Shown piece after piece: positions 1 through 9,330 of a stretch of 64,000 bases of DNA. This DNA comes from a virus. Taxonomy: Duplodnaviria > Caudoviricetes. Under the pieces are notes generated by a model that was not told the DNA's origin, made no database searches, and worked only from the letters and a program-made list of their open reading frames with translations. Positions within the stretch are counted from its first letter, which is position 1. Each line of letters starts with the position of its first letter. The stretch covers positions 2,086-66,085 of IMG/VR virus record IMGVR_UViG_3300036766_000439, one strand, 5' to 3'. A program made the translations under genes and the position numbers.

Positions 1-674
1 ATCATCCCGTAGCCGAGTGCGTAGGTGTAAGTATATACCGCGAGGCCGTTGACGTGATCGACCTTTTTGTCGATGCAAGTGAACCCCGATGGCAACGGCG
101 GTTCCACTCCGATATATACCAGCGTGCGCAACGTGAGATTGCCTTGGTTCTTCACCGTGTCGGTCTGCGAGATTAGGCCGCGGGAAATGTAATTGCGCTT
201 GATCCGCTGCAATGTCCCGTCATCCGTGCGGATTTCCTCTTTGAGCACGCATTGCGTCCACGGCGCCGGCGCACGGTCCACGCCGGGAACTCCATAGATG
301 GCGGTGCCGGCGGAAAATTGCAGGTAGCTTTGCGATACCTCGATCAAGTCGTCCTGATCTATCGTCACGTCTGCGTTGCCCACCGGCGTTTCCCCGGTGG
401 CGGAAATTTCCTCGTAAACCTGCGTGAGTTGAGGGGGCGATTTCTCCGGGTTTTCAATCGGCCCGTCAAGCTGGCCGCTGATGTCCTGCTTGATGAGCCG
501 GCAGGAAGTGAACTGATCGTCTGCGGTGCCCCATGTCAGCCACACCTCCGCGAGCAGTTGCGCCGGAGTCTTCACCACGAAATTCAGCACGTCAGAGACG
601 TAGGTGACACGGAGGCGCGTGTCGGGGAGACGTTCGACCTTGGGCGCGCGATTTCTGCGATCAACGTAAGCCAT
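1..674 (-). CDS. N-terminal part of a large repeat-containing virion/tail protein (runs off left edge)
   Basis: ATG at 674 (MAYVDRRNRAPKVERLPD...), open to position 1. Its end (YTYTYALGYGM) resembles the WTVTYANGVGIV repeat unit of the ORF entering at 64000. Confidence 0.6.
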   Translation of the reverse strand, partial: MAYVDRRNRAPKVERLPDTRLRVTYVSDVLNFVVKTPAQLLAEVWLTWGTADDQFTSCRLIKQDISGQLDGPIENPEKSPPQLTQVYEEISATGETPVGNADVTIDQDDLIEVSQSYLQFSAGTAIYGVPGVDRAPAPWTQCVLKEEIRTDDGTLQRIKRNYISRGLISQTDTVKNQGNLTLRTLVYIGVEPPLPSGFTCIDKKVDHVNGLAVYTYTYALGYGM

Positions 675-734
675 GTTCACCCATCACTGCACCCATTTTC
701 ACAAAAAGTCACGCCGCAACTCTGGCACTTGCGC

Positions 735-753
735 ATTCTCGTCTTACGAGAAT
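735..753. promoter_or_regulatory. Palindromic operator (TCTCG-N5-CGAGA) in divergent promoter region
   Basis: ATTCTCGT-CTT-ACGAGAAT perfect inverted repeat between divergent genes 674(-) and 812(+); core recurs at other intergenic sites. Confidence 0.6.
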
Positions 754-811
754 ACCAGAACGCCAGCAACTTAGGATTGACTCCCACTCATAAATAACTC
801 AAGCATCCGGC

Positions 812-2014
812 ATGGCAGACCCAATTGCTCGCGGGACACCCGAGCCGACAGCGACGATAGTTACACCGGTGGTAGCGGTGCCCGTGGCCGCGCCAGCCAG
901 TTCTTTGCAGCAACAGCAGAAGGAATTCGCAGACAAGGTGCAGGCAGCGAAATCGCCCGCCGAGCTTCGTGCGTTACTCGCGCAAGCGAAACCGGCGATG
1001 GAGCAAACGCTCAAGACCAAGCCGAATGATTTCGACGGAAAGCAGGCCGATCCGGGGCAACCCGCCGAGCCGAATCCCGATGAACCTCCGGCAGAGCCCG
1101 CGGCCGACGCCGCGCCGGTTCAAGGCGATGAGCCGGCCGCAGACGAGACCCCGGCGGAGGAAACTCCCGCCGATCCAGAGGCGAATGAGTTGGAAGCGGA
1201 ACCCGGCGACGATGATGGCGGCGAAGGCCCCATTGAACCGCTGACCGGCAAACGCACCCACCTCAGACTAGCCCAGAACGACAAAGTAGGACGCCTAGCG
1301 GCGGCTTTTATGCGTCGTAACAGGGATCTCTCAATGGAGGGGGCCTTAGACCGTGCCAGGGACCAGTTGGGAATCAAAGCCCCCGGAACCCCTGACGAGC
1401 CTGCCGGACCTGAATCCAATCTCCCCAAGACCGTCGATGAAGCTACGGCTGAAATCGCCAAGTTGCGGGCCGAGCGGAAGAAGGCGAACACCGATCTGCG
1501 ATTCGAGGAAGTATCGGACCTGAGTGACAAGCTGGAGGACTTAATCCAACATCGGTTTACTCTGGAACGACTTGAGGAAAAAAAGCAGGTTGAGGCGGCT
1601 TCCGCCTATGACCAGCAGTTTGCGGCGAGCGAGCAACGCGCCGTCGATCTTTTCGACTTTGCGGGGAAACCCGATAGTCCAGGGGGTCAGCGCATGCTGG
1701 AAATCGAGCAAAGCCTCAAGGACACCGAAGACCCGCGCTATTACAGCCCGAACAAGCCCCTGATTGTTGCACAACTGGCAGCCGCAGAGCTAAAAATCGC
1801 CCCGCGACGCAAAGGAGCCCCGCCCGTGCCGGCCAAGGCCGCAGCACCCGCGAATGGTGTTCCCCCAGCGAAAAAGAATGTCCTCCCCAGCGGAGGCAGT
1901 CGCACCACGCCAATTCCACAAAATCAACCCCCCGCGATCATTGCAGAAACCCAAAAAATTCAGTCTGCCGCCGAATGGCGAGCCTTCAAAAAGAAGGCCG
2001 GACTGCGTTTCTAA
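812..2014 (+). CDS. Putative capsid scaffolding protein
   Basis: 400 aa; acidic Pro/Glu-rich N-half, coiled-coil middle, basic C-tail; directly upstream of the major capsid gene. Confidence 0.65.
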   Translation: MADPIARGTPEPTATIVTPVVAVPVAAPASSLQQQQKEFADKVQAAKSPAELRALLAQAKPAMEQTLKTKPNDFDGKQADPGQPAEPNPDEPPAEPAADAAPVQGDEPAADETPAEETPADPEANELEAEPGDDDGGEGPIEPLTGKRTHLRLAQNDKVGRLAAAFMRRNRDLSMEGALDRARDQLGIKAPGTPDEPAGPESNLPKTVDEATAEIAKLRAERKKANTDLRFEEVSDLSDKLEDLIQHRFTLERLEEKKQVEAASAYDQQFAASEQRAVDLFDFAGKPDSPGGQRMLEIEQSLKDTEDPRYYSPNKPLIVAQLAAAELKIAPRRKGAPPVPAKAAAPANGVPPAKKNVLPSGGSRTTPIPQNQPPAIIAETQKIQSAAEWRAFKKKAGLRF

Positions 2015-2076
2015 GGGTTTTTTCGGTGCTCGCCGTCGCAAGCGCGTAGCTTGCTATCAGTAAACCATTTAATTCT

Positions 2077-3585
2077 ATGTCCTGGGAAATCGGCACACCG
2101 AACACCGCAACCGCTCTGGCCGCAATGTCGCCTGAGTCGGTGCGCGTCATCTGGCAGAAAGAAGTCGATATGGGCGAACAGTCCGAAGACTTCTTTGCAC
2201 AATTCGAGGGCGCGTCGAAAGACAGCCCCGTCATGGTCATCAACGACACCTCCGTCGAGAAGGGTCTCCAATTCCGCATCACCTCCCGCGCCGGCTACTA
2301 CAATCGCGGCAAGTCGGGTGAGGGCCTGTTCACGACCTCCGCGGACTTCGCGGTTGATGTCATCAACAACAACACGTTGCAGGCCGACTACCTGCGCAAC
2401 GCCACCTCCGCCACGCAGCGCACCGACGAATACATGGGCATGCAGGGTGAACTGGTGGACGGCCAAGCGGCCGAACTCGGCAAGTGGATGGGTCGCGAAA
2501 AGAGCGCCCGCGCTGGCATGACGTTCGTGCTCAAGGGCGGCGCCCAAAACCTGCTCTACTCCAACGGCAAGACTGAGGATACCCTCAAGACCGCCGATGG
2601 CCTCACCTACGACGACATCCTCTACATGGGCCAGGCGCTCAAGCCGATGGGTGGTCGTCCCTGCGAGATCGGCACGATCAACGGCAACCCCGTTTACAAG
2701 TATTGTGTCATCGGCACCACGCCCGGTCTGTTCTCGCTCAAGCAGGATTCGGACTACAAGCAAGTCCTGCGCGATGCCGCTCCCCGTGAGAAGATGGACG
2801 CAAATCCGCTCTTTACGGGTGGTTACGTCGATCTCGACGGGCACCGGATCACCGAATACAACCCCATCGACGCCGATGGTTACTCGTGGGTCGGCAGCTT
2901 CTTCAATCCCAAGGCTTACTTGGGCGAGGCGATCACGGCGGGCACCGCCGCCTTCGCCATCAAGGGCGGCGGCTCGACCGCTGCGGCTGCGCTCACCAAC
3001 ATCGACTACTTCCGGTTCTTCCCGAACTATGCGTTCGAGTTCCTGCCCAGCGACATTTATGTCCCTGGCACGACCGAGAAGTATCTCCTGATCGTCAACC
3101 CCAAGGGTTCGGTCACGGTGGACAATCCCCAGCCCGGCGGCGTCGGCATGTATGCCTACACCACCGGCAACATCGGCTACCAAATCACAATCACCAAGCG
3201 CCTTGCGTCCGTGCAGAACGGCCCGGTGGCGCTCAATCAGGTGGGTCAGGTGGTCTGGGGCGCCGGTGTCTGGGCAACCAGCAACTTCCCGGCCGGCAAC
3301 TCGATGGTTCACCCCATCGGTTCGACCATCATCGCCTGCAACGCCTACGGCACCCCGATTGGCGACACTGTTATGGTGGGCGCGATGGCGCTGCTCCGCG
3401 GCTATGGTCGTTACCGCAACTCACGCACCCAATGGGACGTGGATGGCGGTTTCGAGACCCGGAAATACATCAAGACGGTCTTCGGGCAAGCCCTGCGGAA
3501 GAACGTCAACGGTGTCTATCCTGGTTACGTCCGCATCCGTCATGCGATCAGCTACCCGGAACTCGGCCTGCCGACGATCACCTAA
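2077..3585 (+). CDS. Major capsid protein (N4-gp56/DUF4043-like)
   Basis: 502 aa, strongly biased codons, follows scaffold, followed by a terminator-like hairpin; overall resemblance to N4-gp56-type capsids. Confidence 0.7.
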   Translation: MSWEIGTPNTATALAAMSPESVRVIWQKEVDMGEQSEDFFAQFEGASKDSPVMVINDTSVEKGLQFRITSRAGYYNRGKSGEGLFTTSADFAVDVINNNTLQADYLRNATSATQRTDEYMGMQGELVDGQAAELGKWMGREKSARAGMTFVLKGGAQNLLYSNGKTEDTLKTADGLTYDDILYMGQALKPMGGRPCEIGTINGNPVYKYCVIGTTPGLFSLKQDSDYKQVLRDAAPREKMDANPLFTGGYVDLDGHRITEYNPIDADGYSWVGSFFNPKAYLGEAITAGTAAFAIKGGGSTAAAALTNIDYFRFFPNYAFEFLPSDIYVPGTTEKYLLIVNPKGSVTVDNPQPGGVGMYAYTTGNIGYQITITKRLASVQNGPVALNQVGQVVWGAGVWATSNFPAGNSMVHPIGSTIIACNAYGTPIGDTVMVGAMALLRGYGRYRNSRTQWDVDGGFETRKYIKTVFGQALRKNVNGVYPGYVRIRHAISYPELGLPTIT

Positions 3586-3606
3586 GTAGCCAGTCGGTTA
3601 GTTTCA

Positions 3607-3647
3607 AGGGTGCCGGGCGGGACCAACGCCCGGCTCCCCTTCCCTTT
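3607..3647 (+). terminator. Hairpin after capsid gene
   Basis: GCCGGGCG-GGACCAA-CGCCCGGC stem followed by a pyrimidine run. Confidence 0.45.
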
Positions 3648-3998
3648 ATGTCCACGAAACTAATCATCTACCTCACCGGCAAGCCCAGCTTGCGCGGTTT
3701 CAAGATTCGCGAATTTGTCTGGAGCGCCCCGCACGGCTGTTACATTTACGAGGGCAAGGAGATCGAGCCCGCGGCGTTCAACGAGAAATACGAGAAGGCC
3801 ACGCGCAACAACTCCGACCTGTTGGTCCGGGTGAAGGTAACGCAGAACGGGGATGCCGTGCCGACGCCGGCCCCACAACCCGTTGCACTGCGGGAATTGA
3901 CCGTCGAGGATGCGGAGGCGATTTTGCAACGCCACGCTCCCGAGCGGTTGAAGAAAAAGACCGGCCCGAAACCGCGCGAAGTGATGGAAGTATCGTAA
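3648..3998 (+). CDS. Hypothetical protein
   Basis: ATG 3648 (MSTKLIIYLTGKP...); fills the gap in the capsid operon. Confidence 0.7.
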   Translation: MSTKLIIYLTGKPSLRGFKIREFVWSAPHGCYIYEGKEIEPAAFNEKYEKATRNNSDLLVRVKVTQNGDAVPTPAPQPVALRELTVEDAEAILQRHAPERLKKKTGPKPREVMEVS

Positions 3999-4002
3999 TC
4001 CC

Positions 4003-4728
4003 ATGCCACTGACAGTCAAACAGGCGGCCAACGACCTATTAAGCAAGTTGGGAATAGAGGGTAGCGACCCCTCTCTAGCCTCGGCATTGGCGCAACAGGA
4101 CGTTGTGATTGCCCTGAACGGAGCGATGCAAATGCTCCAGACTGCCGGCCAGGACTTCTTTACGCGGGCACAGGTCACGCTAACGCTGTCCGTCGGCACC
4201 TCAATTTACTGGATTCCGGCCACGATCCAAGCCGTGCTTGGCCCGGTGCTCTGGAATGCTTCCAAACCCCTGCGGGCTCTGACGAGCTTGGGGGAGTTCG
4301 ACCAGTTCGCCCGGATATTCCAAGGCGGCTCGGCCTATGGTGCCGGCAGCGGTGAGCCGGTGGCCTATTTCGTGGAATTCCTGCGAAATGGCACGTCTGG
4401 GGACATTTGTCAGCCGGTGATGAAGGTCGCCCCGGCGCCAACCAGCCCCGCGGGCACCTTGGCGTTTGACGTGGTGAATGACGCCGTGAGCTACGCCGTG
4501 GCCGATCTGACGAGCACAAACACCCTTCCAGTGGCCCAGAGCTACACGGAAAGCGTCTTCTTGCCGATTGCGCGCATGCTGGTGACGCGCAGTTCCCAGT
4601 TCAGCCGGCCGGACCTTCTGGCGCAGCTTACGAGCGATTACCAGCTCGCCATGACGAAACTTAGCACCGTGGGCGGCTTCCCGAACGCCGAGCAACCCAC
4701 CCCAACCCCGCGAGCAACTGAGGCATGA
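4003..4728 (+). CDS. Putative head-tail adaptor/virion protein
   Basis: 241 aa; position after capsid; N-terminus resembles phage adaptor proteins. Confidence 0.5.
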   Translation: MPLTVKQAANDLLSKLGIEGSDPSLASALAQQDVVIALNGAMQMLQTAGQDFFTRAQVTLTLSVGTSIYWIPATIQAVLGPVLWNASKPLRALTSLGEFDQFARIFQGGSAYGAGSGEPVAYFVEFLRNGTSGDICQPVMKVAPAPTSPAGTLAFDVVNDAVSYAVADLTSTNTLPVAQSYTESVFLPIARMLVTRSSQFSRPDLLAQLTSDYQLAMTKLSTVGGFPNAEQPTPTPRATEA

Positions 4729-5633
4729 GCGCAACATCCGGCATTACCACCGTCGAACTGTTCCACCGCATAGGGCGCAGAGCCCGCGGCGGCGACTTTA
4801 CGAAGCTCTCGATGACGGAGCAGACCGATCTGGCGGAGGCGGCAAACGCGGCCCTCCAAAGGCTCTACAACGCGCTCCCGGTGTATTTCAAGGAGCAGAC
4901 CCAGGGATTTGTGCTCCCAGCGCCCGCTACGGTGGCGAACGTCGGCGTCACGCAATTCGGCAAGACCGTGACCGGGATCAGCTTCACCGCGGCGGAATTC
5001 GGTCAGACCATCCTGCTCGATGGTGACGCCGCGTGGAACCAAATCATCGGCACCACCGACTTGCTAACCCCTTACATGGGACCGACCGGCACCGTCGGAG
5101 GCACGATCTACGGCAGCGCGATCTACTCGGACACCTATCCGATGGACCGGGTAATCGGTAATCCCCGCTTTGCTAACATGGCGCAGGCACCGATTGCCTA
5201 CCAGCGGGATATTGTGTCGGGCAACGTCTCCGACGCCGGCGCATGGCTGTTGACGCAGACTGTCGGCATGCCCCGCATGTGTTGGACGCAGGTTTTCGGT
5301 GGATCTCAGGGCAAGTCCCCGCTCATGGTGCTGAAATTCGCCCCGGTGGCGGACCAAGCCTATGCGATCAACGTCCGCCTGTCTTTCTGGCCCAAGCGCA
5401 TCACCCTGGCGGACTATGACAGCGCGACGTTCCTGCCGATCCCGGACCAGTTCATCGAACCAAGTTTAATCCCGATGGCGTTGCAGTCCTTCATGTCGTC
5501 TCCCGCCTGGCTCACCAAGGGCGACGAGGCCGCGGTCGAGCAGCGCGGCGCCGCCGGCGAACTCTACGCCCGCAACCAGCCCGGCCAAATCGGCTCGCCA
5601 AATAACAGAATTTTCACTCCAATAGGTTTCTAA
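4725..5633 (+). CDS. Putative adaptor/tail virion protein
   Basis: 302 aa, overlaps the previous gene, similar architecture. Confidence 0.45.
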   Translation: MSATSGITTVELFHRIGRRARGGDFTKLSMTEQTDLAEAANAALQRLYNALPVYFKEQTQGFVLPAPATVANVGVTQFGKTVTGISFTAAEFGQTILLDGDAAWNQIIGTTDLLTPYMGPTGTVGGTIYGSAIYSDTYPMDRVIGNPRFANMAQAPIAYQRDIVSGNVSDAGAWLLTQTVGMPRMCWTQVFGGSQGKSPLMVLKFAPVADQAYAINVRLSFWPKRITLADYDSATFLPIPDQFIEPSLIPMALQSFMSSPAWLTKGDEAAVEQRGAAGELYARNQPGQIGSPNNRIFTPIGF

Positions 5634-5645
5634 CCCACTAATCCA

Positions 5646-5930
5646 ATGGCTGCTCCCAACAAATTCGGTTCAAATCTTAGCAAGGCCCAGGTCGTCTATC
5701 CCGTGGGTGACTACGGGGAGGCTGGCGGCATCTTCATCACCGACACGAACGGCCATGACGGTCAGTTCCGCGGGTTCGAGGGGATTACCGCGGGCACCGC
5801 AACCTTCGTGACGCCGAATCTCACCGGACCGGCGCTTACCAACGTCCCGTTTGCGCAGGGCCAAGAGTTGAAATTTGGCTTTACGCGCGTTACGCTGCTC
5901 TCCGGTTCCGGCATCGCCAAAAACGCTTAA
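5646..5930 (+). CDS. Small putative virion protein
   Basis: 94 aa beta-rich ORF in the structural operon. Confidence 0.55.
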   Translation: MAAPNKFGSNLSKAQVVYPVGDYGEAGGIFITDTNGHDGQFRGFEGITAGTATFVTPNLTGPALTNVPFAQGQELKFGFTRVTLLSGSGIAKNA

Positions 5931-5934
5931 CCCC

Positions 5935-6198
5935 ATGAACTCGAAATTCGCCAGCCTCGCCAAGCACTACCTCCTGGGACTGCTCGCCTCGTCGTGGAAC
6001 GGCGGGATCGGTGCCGTTTCGGGCATCCTGGGCATCGATGCGGTTGCCATGACCGGCGCAACCACTGAGGCGCGAATCCTCAACTGGCACGAAATGCTCG
6101 CGGCCTTTGGCGGTGCCTTCGTGCTTCATGCCTTTATGTGGCTGAAAAAGAATCCCCTGCCCGAAACCTACAACGATACCAACCCGCCAACCCCGTGA
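5935..6198 (+). CDS. Holin-like membrane protein
   Basis: 87 aa with two hydrophobic segments, ending LKKNPLP. Confidence 0.5.
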   Translation: MNSKFASLAKHYLLGLLASSWNGGIGAVSGILGIDAVAMTGATTEARILNWHEMLAAFGGAFVLHAFMWLKKNPLPETYNDTNPPTP

Positions 6199-6557
6199 AA
6201 CGCCTCCTGATTACCATAGTCTTTCTGCTTTGCTTCGCCGTTATGCCGCCGGCGGTCCTTACCTCCTGCACCACGACGCCGAATCAGCGGGTTGTCGAGG
6301 TTCAGACCCTCAAGGCGATTGGGCACACCGCCGAATCTGCCGTCCAGCTTTCGGCGCAGCTTTACAAGGACGGGCGGATCACGGCGCTGGAGGCGCGCAA
6401 CGTCATCGACTTTTACGACACGAAATTCCAGTCGGTGTTTCGCGTCGCCGTGAATGCGGCCCAGGCCAACCTCGATACCATCGCATCGCCGGAGGTGATT
6501 AGTCTCGCCGCGCAACTTTCCGCCCTTGTCCTGCAACTCCAACACCCGACGCCATGA
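6195..6557 (+). CDS. Putative lipoprotein
   Basis: GTG start, hydrophobic signal and LTSC lipobox-like motif. Confidence 0.55.
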   Translation: MKRLLITIVFLLCFAVMPPAVLTSCTTTPNQRVVEVQTLKAIGHTAESAVQLSAQLYKDGRITALEARNVIDFYDTKFQSVFRVAVNAAQANLDTIASPEVISLAAQLSALVLQLQHPTP

Positions 6558-6763
6558 ATCCCCTCCTGCTCGCCCAACTCATCAACACGCTTGGCACGGT
6601 TGGCCTTCCGATCATCACAAAGCTGATGGGTGACATCAGCGCCGGCCGCACCCAGACCACCGTGACCGCGGAGGATCTGGCGGAACTGTCCCGGTTGTCC
6701 TCGCTGACCGGTGAAAAGATATTCGAAAGCATGGGCGCCGTGCCGCCGTCAAAACCCGTCTAA
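6554..6763 (+). CDS. Hypothetical protein
   Basis: 69 aa, ATGA-coupled to the previous gene. Confidence 0.6.
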   Translation: MNPLLLAQLINTLGTVGLPIITKLMGDISAGRTQTTVTAEDLAELSRLSSLTGEKIFESMGAVPPSKPV

Positions 6764-6774
6764 CCCGCCCGCTT

Positions 6775-7107
6775 GTGACGATCACAGACTCACCCCTCTC
6801 TATGACCGCCAACGAAATCATCGAACGCAGCAGTTCCCTCCTGGAACTGGCAAACCGGCTCCTGAAAGTCATCGCCTTCCTCGTCTCGATGTTCATCGGC
6901 GTGACGATCTGGGTTTACGCCACGAACACGAACGTCGCGAATCTCAGGCATGAGTTTGACGCCTCGACCACGCAGCGCGAGGAACGCTGGGCGCAGATTA
7001 CAAAGTTCGAGGGCGAGACGAACATTACTTTAAGCCGCCTGACGACCGTGCTGGAGAACCAGCAGCGGTTACTCGAACGTCAACAGCAACAGCTTGACCG
7101 GAAATGA
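6775..7107 (+). CDS. Membrane-anchored coiled-coil protein
   Basis: One TM segment followed by a Gln-rich coiled coil; lysis-module-like position. Confidence 0.55.
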   Translation: MTITDSPLSMTANEIIERSSSLLELANRLLKVIAFLVSMFIGVTIWVYATNTNVANLRHEFDASTTQREERWAQITKFEGETNITLSRLTTVLENQQRLLERQQQQLDRK

Positions 7108-7269
7108 ACTGCGCGCAGGAGTTGTTTCTCCGCGCGCACTACCTAGCGTGCTATCAGAACGCGCTCGCCGCGGGCTTCAACGGACTCGCGCAGGCCATCT
7201 ACGAGTTCTATTGCGAAAAATGGCCCAATGAACTGCTCAACTGGCCGCTGACCCTTGGCGGGCCAGCAG

Positions 7270-7386
7270 TCAAATAAGATGGAAGGCGTCGGTCTCACCC
7301 CGGAGCCAGTAGCCAATCGCGAGGCCCAAAAGCACGCCCCCGACAAAAAGGCAAAACCCGGCAATGATGTAGTGCTCGATCTGCAT
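7270..7386 (-). CDS. Small membrane peptide
   Basis: MQIEHYIIAGFCLFVGGVLLGLAIGYWLRGETDAFHLI; single TM segment. Confidence 0.4.
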   Translation of the reverse strand: MQIEHYIIAGFCLFVGGVLLGLAIGYWLRGETDAFHLI

Positions 7387-7599
7387 AATCAGTTCCAAGG
7401 CAGTTCGAGGTGACGCTCTTGAAAAATGCGCCGATGGGCCTCGGCCACCATCTTCTTAAACTTAGAATCCGTAATGCAAGCATTGCGGATATGGCGGTTA
7501 TGGCATGGCATATGCGACCGGCCGACCACTTGATTTTGCGCGGCACAACTGCCGGCTTTGGGGGGGATTTTCATGGGCGATAATTGGCGATGATGGCGG

Positions 7600-8109
7600 T
7601 TAGACGCGCCCCGCGCGCGGCTCATGCACGATGTTGGGCAAAGTCGCGCGGATGCGTTTCGCAGCCCGCTCAAGGGTTTTCGCGAGCCTCACCTTTGCGG
7701 CGTCATCGAGTTCTTTTTCGTAGATTTCCCACATTTCATGCCGGAAGAATCTTTCCACGGATACGGTGGCCTCTATCCACGGATCATCGGCACCGACCGG
7801 GGTCACCGCGTGCTCGATTAGCGGGACACCGCGCCGAACCCGGAGAGCCCACGATGGCGATTCCGTGAATGCACCGCGGATAATTTCACGCGCATTTTCT
7901 TCGGCGACTTCCGGGCACTCGCTTTCGACTATGCCGAGAAGTTCTCTTGCTGTTTTTGATGTGTAGCCCAAACAAGTCCCCAGCGCCAACGCGCGGGGTT
8001 TCCGCGGCGATTTCGTAGTAAGTTTTCGAGTGTTTTTCTTGAGCATAAAATCAGTCCTTTCTTTCCGCGCGGGGCACTCTGGCTTTTTGATTTTGGCGTC
8101 AGCGGTCAT
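7600..8109 (-). CDS. Cassette hypothetical protein (duplicate of 53207-53581 core)
   Basis: KTARELLGIVESECPEV...RATLPN core near-identical to the 53207 ORF; start at 8109 or 8046. Confidence 0.7.
   Translation of the reverse strand: MTADAKIKKPECPARKERTDFMLKKNTRKLTTKSPRKPRALALGTCLGYTSKTARELLGIVESECPEVAEENAREIIRGAFTESPSWALRVRRGVPLIEHAVTPVGADDPWIEATVSVERFFRHEMWEIYEKELDDAAKVRLAKTLERAAKRIRATLPNIVHEPRAGRV
7632..7958 (-). repeat. Inverted duplicate of 53214-53540
   Basis: 327 bp with two mismatches seen by eye; identity ends at the GTT/AAC crossover. Confidence 0.9.
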
Positions 8110-8423
8110 GGTGAGTCTGGTTGCTTCGTCCGTCCGGCGTGCCGGACCTTCTCCATCGCCGGCGTTGCGTCGCCGTGCGTGCAGTCGGCCAGCCAGTAGT
8201 CGTGCCACTTGAGGTCACTGAGGTTGCGCCAGCACCACGCCGTCTTGTGCCAGAAGGGGTGATCCCACCGCGCCAGGAATGGGCAGTCCGGCGAGCAGTG
8301 GTAGCCGTCTTCGCCCAGCACCCGCGCCATGCTCCTGCGTTCCTTGGCGGCGCGCATGGCGGCGAATTTCTTCATCCGTTTTAGGTTCGTGCTGCGCCAA
8401 AGCGATTTGCGTCTTATGGTCAT
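8106..8423 (-). CDS. Hypothetical protein (Cys/Trp-rich)
   Basis: 105 aa ORF coupled to its neighbours. Confidence 0.5.
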   Translation of the reverse strand: MTIRRKSLWRSTNLKRMKKFAAMRAAKERRSMARVLGEDGYHCSPDCPFLARWDHPFWHKTAWCWRNLSDLKWHDYWLADCTHGDATPAMEKVRHAGRTKQPDSP

Positions 8424-8441
8424 TTTTCGGTGCGGCCTATT

Positions 8442-8678
8442 CTATTGTTCGGCATACACGATTCCGCGTGCGACGTTCCACTTGCCACAGTGCGGGCAGT
8501 TCGCGGCGATCCCCTCATCCGGTTCTCCGCGATTGAATGGCCGGTGGTCGCGCGTCGCGAACGGGCGTTTGCAGTTTCCGCATACGATGCTCGCCTTCGG
8601 TTGCCCCCAAAGGCAGATGCTCCACGCCTCGAATGAGGCCGCGTCGCAGATTTGGTCTTGTGTGAGTTGGATTGCCAT
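8442..8678 (-). CDS. Cassette Zn-ribbon protein
   Basis: CGNC...CPHC motifs; bounded by GTTCGGC at 8447 and the attC at 8687. Confidence 0.65.
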   Translation of the reverse strand: MAIQLTQDQICDAASFEAWSICLWGQPKASIVCGNCKRPFATRDHRPFNRGEPDEGIAANCPHCGKWNVARGIVYAEQ

Positions 8679-8686
8679 AAAAAGAA

Positions 8687-8748
8687 GCCTACCAATGTGC
8701 TACAGAGAACGGCCCCCGAGCGGGCCGTCTCTGACCACGGCGTTCGGC
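8687..8748 (+). repeat. attC site (short family)
   Basis: GCCTACC-AATGT-GCTACAGAG..CGGCCC-loop-GGGCCG..CTCTGACC-ACGGC-GTTCGGC; about 44-bp core identical to the reverse complement of 53533-53594. Confidence 0.8.
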
Positions 8749-9017
8749 CAGTGAGCGTTTAGGAGTTCCGCGAGGTGATCCCCGATCTGGTCTTGGATCG
8801 CAGCGGCCTTATCGGCTGGCAGGCCATGCGCGCCCGTGCCCGTTAGGTGGCCCCAGCCTCGGATGTCGAGCATACGCTCAGCGCCTTCGCCACTACCCCA
8901 GATTATACCATCCTCATGCCGAAACGGCGGAGTGAAGTATTTCGCAGCAAGGCCGAACCAGGCGCTAGAGCCAACGCTCGCAGCCTGTCCTTTTTCGGGT
9001 GATTGTTCTCCGCTCAT
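8700..9017 (-). CDS. Cassette hypothetical protein
   Basis: Starts MSGEQSPEK within the partial attC at 8952-9035 and ends inside attC 8687-8748; contains LDIRGWGHLTG. Confidence 0.65.
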   Translation of the reverse strand: MSGEQSPEKGQAASVGSSAWFGLAAKYFTPPFRHEDGIIWGSGEGAERMLDIRGWGHLTGTGAHGLPADKAAAIQDQIGDHLAELLNAHWPNAVVRDGPLGGRSL

Positions 9018-9019
9018 AG

Positions 9020-9250
9020 TTATAGGGTTTTCGGCGAGATGCGAAAAGTGACGCGCACCACTTTGCATTTTCCAATGTGCGGCTTGAGTGCCTTGGCCAT
9101 TTCTGCCGCGCGGTATCGGTGGCAGTAGAGCTGCGGAGTTGATTCGGAGCCTAGAGTTATTCGTCCGCTGTGATGCTGCACGGCCCACGCTGAACCACCC
9201 GTAGAGCCAACGCGGGCGCGGCTCCGTCCTTTTGCTTTAGAGGTCTTCAT
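9020..9250 (-). CDS. Cassette hypothetical protein
   Basis: ATG lies in the loop of attC 9189-9294. Confidence 0.55.
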   Translation of the reverse strand: MKTSKAKGRSRARVGSTGGSAWAVQHHSGRITLGSESTPQLYCHRYRAAEMAKALKPHIGKCKVVRVTFRISPKTL

Positions 9251-9294
9251 GTTTTCGATTGGCTAGAGCCGCGTGGCTCACTTTGACGTTCGCT
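9189..9294 (+). repeat. attC site
   Basis: GCTGAAC..GTAGAGCCAACGCGG...CCGCGTGGCTCAC..GTTCGCT imperfect palindrome with an extra base in the left arm. Confidence 0.75.
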
Positions 9295-9330
9295 GTAAAT
9301 TTCAGATCACAATCAAATGCCGATTTTATT

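Larger units (their letters stand above)
7600..9294 (+). mobile_element. Second attC cassette array without adjacent integrase (CALIN-like), partly decayed; ORFs on minus strand
   Basis: attC sites at 8687-8748 and 9189-9294; half or degenerate sites at about 7610-7639, 7967-8095 and 8952-9035; bare GTTCGGC junction at 8447. Confidence 0.75.

Noticed and set aside
7110-7590. tRNA or other RNA gene in the convergent gap
   Set aside because: No cloverleaf or T-loop consensus; short ORFs explain the region.
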